Virus record (IMG/VR): IMGVR_UViG_3300021959_007960
Location: 1 to 64,000 of that record
Origin: a virus
DNA: 64,000 nucleotides
Strand: one strand, 5' to 3'
Below the pieces are notes generated by a model. The model was not told the DNA's origin. It was given only the letters and a program-made list of their open reading frames with translations, and made no database searches. A program made the translations under genes and the position numbers. Shown in pieces: positions 28,246-38,400 of this stretch (positions within the stretch are counted from its first letter, which is position 1; each line of letters starts with the position of its first letter).

Positions 28246-28252
28246 GGTGTAT
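28246..28252 (+). promoter_or_regulatory. Putative late promoter motif GGTGTAT
   Basis: Intergenic, upstream of the major tail protein gene. Confidence 0.55.
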
Positions 28253-28298
28253 TTAAAACATAACGTATACGTTTAACCTTTTATGATGGAGAATTACT

Positions 28299-29213
28299 AT
28301 GGCCAATAGAGTATATTACGCCTCTCATGCTGTTTCAGTTAATGGCTCAACTATTGAGGGTGCTCAAAGTGCAGGTATTACTGCAAATTTTACATTGGAG
28401 CAGGCTTTTCAGCTTGGTAAAGTAGCTATTTATGATAATATTATTACAGATGCTGAAGCTGGAGTTAGCGTAAGTAAGATTCTTGATGGCGCTGATACCA
28501 TTTATAAGAAATTCACAGGGGCTGCGCAGAGTAGTATTGCTGATCATGCTTCTACACAAAAAGATATTATTATTGCTGCTAATACGCAAGATGCTGATAC
28601 AAGCATGGATGACACTAATCAGCAAGCTGTTCAGGTTACGGGTGCCTTCTTAAGTAGTGTCGCTTATAATATTCCTGTAGATGGTTTTGCTACTGAAGAA
28701 GTTAGTTTTGTTGCAGATAATAAATCAGCTAGCACGGGTACTGTTTCTGCTCCTACCGGAAATAGTACTAGAGCCACATACAGACAGATGATTTCTACTG
28801 CTGGCTTCCCAACTGAAGTAGCTGGTCAGAATGTGACCAATATTAGTATTAGTACAGACTTTGGTCGTGAGGCTATGTATAAACTGGGTAGTTTTGATCC
28901 TTATTTCCGTTTTGCTAATTTCCCGTTTGAAGTTAGTGTAGAATTCACGGTAGCTAATACTGGTATTGATGAAACAGATGTTGTTCTGACTGGTGTTAGT
29001 GCAACTAGTGATGGTAGTCTTCCAGCTAAACAAACTATTACTGTTACGTGTAATAATTCAGAAGGTGGACTTACAGGTGCTCATGGTTATGTCTTTACAG
29101 CTACTGGTTGTAGACTTAGCAGTATTAGTCAAGATGGTGGTGATACTGGTGGTGGAAACGCTAGTACTACTTATGGCTATACTACCTATAATGATCTCGT
29201 AATCAGCGGATAA
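28299..29213 (+). CDS. Major tail tube protein
   Basis: 304 aa, rich in T/S/A/G; strong GGAGA RBS; own promoter motif; internal duplication (EQAFQLG / EAMYKLG). Confidence 0.7.
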   Translation: MANRVYYASHAVSVNGSTIEGAQSAGITANFTLEQAFQLGKVAIYDNIITDAEAGVSVSKILDGADTIYKKFTGAAQSSIADHASTQKDIIIAANTQDADTSMDDTNQQAVQVTGAFLSSVAYNIPVDGFATEEVSFVADNKSASTGTVSAPTGNSTRATYRQMISTAGFPTEVAGQNVTNISISTDFGREAMYKLGSFDPYFRFANFPFEVSVEFTVANTGIDETDVVLTGVSATSDGSLPAKQTITVTCNNSEGGLTGAHGYVFTATGCRLSSISQDGGDTGGGNASTTYGYTTYNDLVISG

Positions 29214-29220
29214 TTATAAT

Positions 29221-30102
29221 GTGAGTGTACTACAGTATAAAGATTTAGTATTAGAGGTAAATGGAAATGAACAGGGCTTAGTCCAGAACGCAACTGTTTC
29301 ATGCGATGCTGGACTAGACCTTATCAATATTAGTACAGGAACTATTCCATATATCAGAGATAGGGTAGGACAAGTTAGTTTTGAACAATTGCTAACATCT
29401 GTTACTGCTTTTAACACTCTTGCAGGATTTAGCTCTCCCATATCTATTAAGTTAATTGATAATGTTGCAGAGAAATCTATAGAAGCTGAAGAATGTCTTT
29501 TGACTAACGCAGAGTATAGTTTAACAACACAAGGATTTTTTCTTGGTAAATACACATATAATACTATAGGATTAAAAAGTGGTAGTGATAGTCCTAGCGT
29601 TGGCTATGCTACAACAGGTAGGGCACCATATCGAGTTTGGGGAGGAAGTGGTGCTCCTGGTAAAAATCATCAGAGCGTAGTATTATCGGTTGAAATAAAT
29701 AGAGAAAATTTTTATAACAAAGGGGACGCAAGGCCCAAACATAGTATTGTAAATTTCCCTATCAAAACTACAGCATCTATAGAGATGGCTTCTGAAAATG
29801 GAATATATAATACATTGTCTAGCACCATTGATAAATTGAACAAGATTGGCACATGCTCTGCTGCCCAAACCACTGGAGAAAATATTTCAATTAGCGTTGG
29901 ATCTAGTAGTTTGACTATTACAGGATTTCATTTACAAAGTCTTGAAATAGGAGAAGGAGTAGTAGGAGGATCTCCACAAACTATGGTAGCCAATTATATA
30001 TCTTATGATGATTATGGCTTTTTAGAGGGTGGGAGAATAACTGACTATAGTACTGCGAATAGCTCTCCAGGACCCGGTGGACCACCACCAGAACCAGAAT
30101 AA
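29221..30102 (+). CDS. Tail-tube paralog (minor tube protein)
   Basis: Shares NFP.....E and L.S.....G..GG......Y..Y.D with 28299-29213; GTG start. Confidence 0.55.
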   Translation: MSVLQYKDLVLEVNGNEQGLVQNATVSCDAGLDLINISTGTIPYIRDRVGQVSFEQLLTSVTAFNTLAGFSSPISIKLIDNVAEKSIEAEECLLTNAEYSLTTQGFFLGKYTYNTIGLKSGSDSPSVGYATTGRAPYRVWGGSGAPGKNHQSVVLSVEINRENFYNKGDARPKHSIVNFPIKTTASIEMASENGIYNTLSSTIDKLNKIGTCSAAQTTGENISISVGSSSLTITGFHLQSLEIGEGVVGGSPQTMVANYISYDDYGFLEGGRITDYSTANSSPGPGGPPPEPE

Positions 30103-30112
30103 AGATTAAAGA

Positions 30113-31141
30113 ATGGATTATAAATTAGGATATAAATTTTATAGTATTTTAAGTGGATATTTTTACATAAAAGTAAATAATTGTAAATATAAAGTAATAT
30201 ACCCATCTGTTGAAATAAAATACAAAGCGGAGGAATTGTATGTAGATATAATGGAAGATGCTAAGTTTGAGACATCTTACATGACTGATCAACAGGTTAA
30301 TAATATTTTACAGACCTATAAGTTTTGGTCATCAGATATGCAAGAGAGGTTGGATTTTTGTAAAGATCAAATAGAAGAACATAAAGTAAGCCTCTATACA
30401 GACTATGAAAATGGAGACAAAAGAAAAGAAAACAAAGAAGCTTTAAAACACTTAAAACAAAATGTAGAACAATTAAATACCGCTAAGCATAGTTTAGACT
30501 ATCTAAAACTTGAACATTACGCTACTTCTGTAAAAAATCAATATATTATATCTCAAAGGATTTTGAACTCAAACGATAAACATATATTTAATGACAACTA
30601 TGAAGATATGGATCTAGCTGCTCTTGCTAAATTCTTAAAGCCTATAGAGGAGAATATGGTTACAGCAACAGACTTAAGAAATATCGCAAAAAGTGAATTA
30701 TGGGGTAGTTATAATATACAGGATAATATTTTTGGTCCATCTATAGATCTTAATGATGACCAAAGGAATTTGTTAACATTAAATAAAATGTACAATAATG
30801 TTAAGCAGCATCCAGATTGTCCTAGTGATGATATTATAAATGATGATGATGCATTGGACGGTTGGTTTTTATTCCAAAACAGGAAAGTAAAGAAAAAGAA
30901 TTTACAGAATAAATTACAAAGTAAAATTACTGGTAAAGTTGCTAAACACGATAATATCTTTATATTTGCAAACACACCAGAAGAAAAGAAAGCTATTTGG
31001 GATTTAAATAATATCGAAGGAAAGAGGACCATGAAAATGATTAGTAATACCGTAAAAGAGAAAGGACAAGTTAAATGGGAGGAAATACCTGTGGTACGAC
31101 AACAATTAATAGACGAAAAAACAAAGGACTCATTAAAATGA
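30113..31141 (+). CDS. Putative tail assembly chaperone
   Basis: Helical; located between tail tube and tape measure; N-terminal half paralogous to 31458-32321. Confidence 0.5.
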   Translation: MDYKLGYKFYSILSGYFYIKVNNCKYKVIYPSVEIKYKAEELYVDIMEDAKFETSYMTDQQVNNILQTYKFWSSDMQERLDFCKDQIEEHKVSLYTDYENGDKRKENKEALKHLKQNVEQLNTAKHSLDYLKLEHYATSVKNQYIISQRILNSNDKHIFNDNYEDMDLAALAKFLKPIEENMVTATDLRNIAKSELWGSYNIQDNIFGPSIDLNDDQRNLLTLNKMYNNVKQHPDCPSDDIINDDDALDGWFLFQNRKVKKKNLQNKLQSKITGKVAKHDNIFIFANTPEEKKAIWDLNNIEGKRTMKMISNTVKEKGQVKWEEIPVVRQQLIDEKTKDSLK

Positions 31142-31458
31142 GAAGAAGACACCATAACTCAAACATAACAGAAGCTATTGAAAAAAGATTTCAAACAGCC
31201 ATGATAGGATCTTTAGCAAGAGTTGAGGACTATCTGGGTTTTGTTTGGGGTCATAATAAAGATACTATTTCTGTACAACAAGCAGAGAATAGGCAACTTT
31301 GGGAAGAATTAAGAGAAGAAATATTAGATCATAGTAATTATCAAATGAGATGTGCTTTAAATGATTTGCGTAAAACTTTACAAACAATGATGTCAGAAGA
31401 CTTATACAAGGAAACCATAGTGATTAAACAACCAAATGCAGAGTTAGGAGATAGATAA
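31138..31458 (+). CDS. Hypothetical protein
   Basis: Start moved to ATG 31138 (AAGGA RBS, ATGA overlap). Confidence 0.6.
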   Translation: MRRRHHNSNITEAIEKRFQTAMIGSLARVEDYLGFVWGHNKDTISVQQAENRQLWEELREEILDHSNYQMRCALNDLRKTLQTMMSEDLYKETIVIKQPNAELGDR

Positions 31459-32321
31459 TGATTACAGATTCTTTTAATATTGAAGTAGATGGAAAGACTT
31501 TAGATTTGGGTTTAAAATCTCCATCTTTTAAAGACCAACGAGAAGCCCAAAAGGTTTACAATCAAGCTTTTTCAGATGCTGTTAAATCTGGATGTATTGT
31601 TCGGGGTAGGTTGGATGACCTACTAAAAGAACAGGGATTATGGGATGATGCAAAAGAAAGGAAGCTACAGACTCTACAGCAAGAATTGCTAGATCATGAG
31701 CAAATCTTAGCTAAAGGAGGCATTAATCTTGCCTCAGCTAAACAAGTAGCTTTAGACATGAGAGAACTTAGAGCTAAAATGAGGGATTTGATTAGTTCTA
31801 GGACTAGTCTAGATAGTAATACTGCTGAAGGCCAAGCTGATAATGCTAGGTTTAATTACTTAGTATCTTGTTGTTTGGTGTACACAGATGGTAACAAATG
31901 TTATTATAACGGATATGAGGACTACTTAAATAAGTCAGCAGAATCCGTTGCAATACAGGCTGCTTCATTGTTGGCATCTAGATTATACGGTCTAGACGAC
32001 AATTATGAGAACAATTTGGTAGAAAATAAATTTCTTAAAGAATATAATTTTGTAGATAAAGACTTAAGATTAATCAACGATGATGGTAAATATGTTGATG
32101 AAGAGGGTCGTTTATTGGATGAAAATGGTAGATATATTAATAGCAGGGGTGAGTTTATAGATAAAGACGGAAATTTAGTAGATGATGCGGGAGATTACGT
32201 ATTTGAATTTAAGCCGTTCTTGGACAAGGATGGGAAACCTGTACAAAAAGAGAAAACTAATGCTACAAAAAAAGTTGCTAAAACTAAACGAAAGAAACCC
32301 GCAGAGACAGTCTCAGAGTAA
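31458..32321 (+). CDS. Putative tail assembly chaperone
   Basis: Directly upstream of the tape measure; C-terminal (D/N)xxGxx(I/V/L) repeats. Confidence 0.55.
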   Translation: MITDSFNIEVDGKTLDLGLKSPSFKDQREAQKVYNQAFSDAVKSGCIVRGRLDDLLKEQGLWDDAKERKLQTLQQELLDHEQILAKGGINLASAKQVALDMRELRAKMRDLISSRTSLDSNTAEGQADNARFNYLVSCCLVYTDGNKCYYNGYEDYLNKSAESVAIQAASLLASRLYGLDDNYENNLVENKFLKEYNFVDKDLRLINDDGKYVDEEGRLLDENGRYINSRGEFIDKDGNLVDDAGDYVFEFKPFLDKDGKPVQKEKTNATKKVAKTKRKKPAETVSE

Positions 32322-32346
32322 AACATTTGGTGGTTTAGTATTTTCC

Positions 32347-32387
32347 AAAGGGGCACTACGTTTTTTAGCGTAGTGTTCTTTTATTTT
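32347..32387 (+). terminator. Rho-independent terminator or attenuator
   Basis: AAGGGGCACTACG-TTTTTTAG-CGTAGTGTTCTT followed by TTATTTT. Confidence 0.7.
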
Positions 32388-32403
32388 AAAGGATACCTAA
32401 TAA

Positions 32404-35400
32404 ATGGCTAAAGGTTACAATCTTACAGTTCAGCTTAACTTACAAGGCCCTAATAATCTTAGTGGGGTTGTTAATAACATTAATAAAAGACTGAATAATA
32501 TTCAGGCTAATGTTAACGTTAAATTACCTACTAGTACTTTAAGACAGATTGCTCAAGTTAATCGCAATTTAAAGCAAACTGGTAAAGATGCAGCTAATGC
32601 TGCTAGCGGAATGGAAAAATTCGGTAAGGCTGCTGGTTTAGCTGTTAAGCGTTTTGGTGCATTTACTGCTGCTACTGCTGGTTTTTATGCAATTACTAGG
32701 GCTACACAACAGTCTTTAGAGAAATTTGTAGAATTTGATAGACAGGTAACAAGAATTGCTCAGGTTACAAATAGCACAAAACAATCTCTTAATGGTCTTA
32801 CCAACGAAATTACAAAACTATCTGTTTCTTTAGGAGCTAGTAGTTCTGAACTGGCTAGTGTTGCTGTTACTTTGAGTCAGGCTGGTCTAAGTGCTAGAGA
32901 AACACAAAGAGCATTAAAAGCATTAGCCCTAACTACATTGGCTCCTACGTTCAGCAATTTGAATAATACTGTTGAAGGTAGTATTGCCTTGATGAAACAG
33001 TTTAGTATTAGTACTAGACAATTAGAACAGGCATTAGGTAGTATTAATGCTGTAGCCGGAAGTTTTGCTGTTGAAGCAGGTGACCTGATTACAGCTGTTC
33101 AAAGGGCTGGTGGTGTGTTTGCTTCTGCCAGTAAAGGCGTAGCTACAGGAACAGAAGCTCTGAATCAGTTCTTGGCTGTGTTTACCAGTGTTAGGGCAAC
33201 TACTCGTGAAAGTGCTGAAACAATTGCTACTGGCTTAAGAACTATTTTTACCCGTATTCAAAGAGCAGACACTATTGAGGCATTAAAAGCATTTGGTGTT
33301 ACTCTGACAGACTTAGAAGGTAAATTTATTGGTCCTTTCAGAGCTATAGAACAGTTAAGTAAAGGGTTGAGAACCTTAGATCCTAGATCTCTACAGTTTA
33401 GTGGTATTGTTGAAGAACTTGGTGGATTCCGTCAGGTTGGTAAGGTTATTCCTTTAATCCAAAGATTTTCTACAGCACAACAAGCCCTTAATGTTGCTCA
33501 ACAAGGTTCTGGTTCTTTAGCTAGAGATGCTGCTACAGGTCAACAGGCTTTAGGTGTTCAGATCTCTAAAGTACAACAGCAGTTTGATGCTTTGATTAGA
33601 AGTATAGGACAAACAGGAGAGTTTAGACAATTTATAACTTTAAGTCTTGATCTAGCTAGTGCTTTAATTAAAGTTGCAGATGCTATCAAACCAGTATTGC
33701 CTGCATTGGCTGCTTTGGGAGCTGCTAAAGTAGTAGGAGGCTTAGGAGGTTTAGCTAAAGGCTTTAAAGGAGGACTAGGTTTCAATCAGGGCGGTGTGGT
33801 TCCCGGTAGCGGTAACTTTGACAGCGTTAAAGCTAATCTGACTCCTGGAGAATTTGTAATTAGGAAAAAAGCTGTACAAGCTATTGGTGTCGATAATCTT
33901 TATAGGATGAATAAGTATGCTAAAGGAGGTCCTGTTAAACCTGATTCTCTAGGCAGTTCAGAAATTCGTTCTAGAATTGTTAGAACGGGCAAGGCAGATC
34001 AGTATTTAGCAGGTCAAAGAATTAATGCAGGTGATCGTATTAATTTAGATATAAAAAGTATTCCTTTTGATGGAGGTAAAGTAGGCAATACTGAGTTTGA
34101 AAAAAGAGTTGCAGCTAGTTTGGGAGGAACATGGAAAGGAGGCAATGCCCCTGTTGATGTTATTGCTCCTGGATATGGTCCGATAGAGGTAAGGAACAGA
34201 TCCAGATTTACCCCAGCCTCAGAATTGGCAGATAAACTTGCTAGATATAAAATAGGCACTGTTGGAGACGCTGCATTAAGTAATCAAATGCAAAATGACA
34301 ATATTAATCTTGGTAGAATATATGTTGCATACAATACTGGTAAATTATCGAAACAAGATAAAGAAAAATTAACAGCTAAAGGGAAAGGAATTAAGAAGCT
34401 TTCTGCATTACCTAAAACTAAAAAAGCAGCAGGAGGTGCTATCAGTGGACAAGACACCGTCCCTGCTTTACTTACTCCCGGTGAGTTTGTAATTAATAAA
34501 GGCGCTGCTAGTAGAATAGGATCTTCCAATCTTAAGGCTCTTAATAATGTCGATAAAATCACTGGATATAACAATGGTGGCTTTGTTCAAAGATTCCGTG
34601 GAGGAGGAATGCCAAGTGATCCTGCTTGGAAAAAGAGAGGGTTTAAGATTGGTGGTGGTGGTGGTGGTCGGGAACCTGGAGCACTTGATTTATTTGTAAT
34701 ACAAGGTGGTATATCTGCTTTTAGTGCGGCTATAGGAGATGCTACAAAAGAAACAGCAACTGCTGGAAATGCTTTACAGTCACTAGGCACTGCTGCCTCC
34801 GCAAGTATTGTAGCTTTTCAAGCTTTGAAAACATTTGGTGGAAAGAGAGTGTCAGGTAAAGTTGCTGGACGAGCTGCTCTTGGAATAGGTGCAATTGTTG
34901 CTTTTGATGGAATTATTAAAACTATTTCAAATACTGCTGCTGACTTTGATAAGAAATTAGGTCAAACTAATTTTGACAAAGCTTTAGATACTGCCAGTAA
35001 GTCTTTAGAATTGTTAGCTAAAAACGGAAATGATGCGGCAGCGGCTGCTCAATTACAAGCGCAACTAGCTAGTGCAGTAGATTCTGCAAGAGCCGTAGAT
35101 GCAGCAGCAACAGGTAGCAGAGGTAGTTTACGTCAAGGTATGATGGATATGGTTGCGTATGTTTCTGGCACTGGAGGAGCTGCTGGTATTAGTAGTGGTA
35201 TGGGCGATACGTTTGATGTTGCAGCTAGTAGGGTACGTGCTAATCAAGGGATAACTGGTGCGTTTTTTGAATTCATAGACCCAGAAGGTTTTGCTAAACA
35301 AGTAAATGCTGAGATTGCAGCTACTCAGGATGCATCAGCTAGAAGATATAGTGCTATTTCAGATATGACAATGCAAAGAGGATTGCAACAAGTTGACAGA

Positions 35401-38400
35401 GGAGCTAGTATAGAACAAGTCTCTAGAGGCTTAAACGCTGAACAAAGAGAAGCTATAGCTAGATCTACTGTAGCAGGAGCAAAACGTTTAGATGCTGCAG
35501 GCGGGGCGGGTACAGCAGCTGGTCAGGATATTATTAACCAAGAAGTTACAAAACAACTTAAGCTTACTCTCGGCCCTGCTCTTGCTGATAGAATTGCTAG
35601 AAATGCTAATGCGGCGGCAGCACAATTACAGGTAGCTTTGGAAAGAACATTTAGTAAAATGGATCAGGCGTTTTCAAGAGTTGCAGCTAATATGGATTCT
35701 AATTTCTCCAGAGCTGCATCTACACTCGCTGCTGGATTAGGGAAAACAGGTATTAGATTTGATAATAATCAACAAAAAAGTATATTGGATAATCCTGAAG
35801 CTTATGCATCAAATACTGTTAAAGAAGCTATAGATAGAGTAACTTCTAACTTTGGTCCTAGAGGTAGTAGGGTAGGAGACTTAGCTTTTGCTAGTACTCA
35901 AATTGGAGATAACATAGAAGGTATTGTTAATAGAAGAATTTCAGGAGCTAAACCAGGTGCTGAAGCAGAAACTATTATCAAGGGTGTTGGTGCAGATTTA
36001 ACGAATATGATTAGTGGACTAAACTTAGGCTCTGATATTGAAACAACCATTAATAGACAACTTAAGGAAGCATTTAAAACAGCATCTAAAAATGTAGCAG
36101 GACTTTCTGGAGCAGAAAGAGATGCTGCACTTAAAGAAGAAATTAATAATATTGTTAAAAATCTACCAGCGTTGAATGGAGCTTTAGATGTTGTTAAAAG
36201 AGGTTTTGAAGTTCTTAGTAGTGCTCAAAAACAATATAGTCAAGCTGTTCAACAAATTAGTGAAGCCATCATCCAACGTAATGAATATTTCAATAGAGCT
36301 TCATCTATTAGAAGAGAAGGAGGTGTAGCATTACGAAGAGGATTAGGAGAAAACATTCCTATTACAGACGTTATTAAAAATGTTGCTGCAAGCGTAGCTG
36401 ATCAAACTGGTGGGGTTACTGGTATACAACAATTAGGAGATAATTTAAAAAATCTAATTGCTCGAAGAGAACAAATAGAAGCTAGAAGAGATTCTCTGTC
36501 AGGCACTAATAGTCCAGAGTGGAAAAAGTTAACAGATGAATTAGGCAACATTAATGTAGAAATAGACAAAACAAGAAGTGGCTTAGAAACTTTTGCTAAT
36601 AGTACAGAAATAGCAACAGCTGCATTAAGTGAAATATCACGAATTAGACAAAGAGCAGAAGAACAATCAGCGTTTGGCGAAAGGCTTATAGGATCTACTC
36701 CAAGAGAATTAGGGGATATACAAGGTTTAATATACACTTTGGAAAATGTTGCTAGTGGAGGATCATTAGATTTAAATAATAGCTTTATGGCACAAAGAGC
36801 TTACATGGAAAGCCTAATGAGTGGTGGTAATATTTTTGAAGCTAGACAAGCTGCACAACAAGGATTGGCCAATGAAAGAGGTGGAGTAGTTAGTATTCTT
36901 AAAGAATTGAAACCTTTCTTTGGTGAAGATAATAAAGAATTTAATAAGACGTATGAAACTGTGATGAGATCATTCTTAAGTTCAATTGGAATGATGACTC
37001 CTGCTTTTGAAAAAATGTTTGAAGCAAGAAGAAATGCTACAGACAGACAACAACAACTAATACAGGTTTACCAGAGAGCTACTGACGCACAAGCACGAGC
37101 TAATGAAGCATTAGGACAAACTATTCCTATACAACAAGCTATAGTAGCATCTAATCAGAATTTAGCTGGGGCGATGGTGAACTTAACTAAAGCTATTAAT
37201 GGTATGGCTCAAAGACAAGGATTTGCTAGTGGTGGTGTTGTATATGCTTCTCAGGGTCAATTGGTAAATATGCAACCTAAAGGCACAGATACTGTACCTG
37301 CAATGCTTACTCCTGGAGAGTTTGTTGTTAATGCTCAAGCAACTAAGAAAAATTTAGGATTGCTTCAAGCTATTAATGCAGGCGGCACTGGAAAGACACA
37401 CACTGATGGAGGGGTTCTCTATGCTGAAGGTGGAGTTGGCCCAATCCCTGGGGTACAAGGACGACCGCAACAGGTATTCACGCCAGAACAGTTTTATCAA
37501 TATTATTGGAATCAGAATATGCAAAAGTATGGCACATTTATGCCTAGAATGAATTTAAGGACAGGAAGAATGGAAATGAAAGGGACTATGCCTCTTGCTT
37601 ATCAGCATTTAGCATATTCTCAGGCAGAGGCTGCGTTTTTTCAGCAGGATGCTAGAGGGCGACAACAAGCTAGGCAAGAGCAGCAACAAAAGTATATAAC
37701 TGGCCTTCAAACTTCATATATGGCAGAGCGTAAAGCAGAACTGAAAAAGAGATTCCCAGGTGCTACTGATGCACAAATAAACACTTTTATACAAAATGAA
37801 GCACAAGACCCAGCTAAATTGTATGAATATCAACAAAAGAAAAAACGGGAACATTACCAATACGTACAGGCATACAAAGCAGCTAAGTTTGCTGGCCAAG
37901 AAGTGCCTGACAAAATGTTGAGTCAAAATGAGTATCTACAGCGGGAAGATCCACCTACAGCATCTTCTATAATTGGTAAAGCTAAGGGTCGTCCCGAAAC
38001 AAGAGGGGCTGGTGGTATGTTTGCTGGATTTGACATGACGAATGTAAAATCTGGTCGTCCTGGTGCATCTCGTGATTCCGACGCAGCACAAAAAAGACAT
38101 GATGAAAAATATTTATACAAACACAGAGATCCTGCAACTGGACAACTTAAATTTACTAGAGGTAATATAGTTGGAACAGATAGTAATGGTAATTTACAAA
38201 TAGCTACAATTGATAGAGATGGTAATCTTACTGGAAATACTGCAACAGTTCAGTATGATAATTTAACTCCTACAGCTAAAACAAAGGCTGCTGGTAAATT
38301 AACTACATCATTAATTGGTGGAGCAGGATCGGCTGCTATTTCTGGAACTAGTGGTGCTTCAGAATTTATATCAGGAGTAATAGATACTGCTGAGGGGGTA

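Noticed and set aside
25142-32321. Contractile tail sheath (myovirus)
   Set aside because: No sheath-sized or sheath-like gene and no baseplate-wedge cluster was recognised.
32182-32373. G/GT frameshift extension at GGGAAAC (32232)
   Set aside because: The heptamer is read GGG AAA C, the wrong phase for -1 slippage, and the short ORF runs into the terminator.
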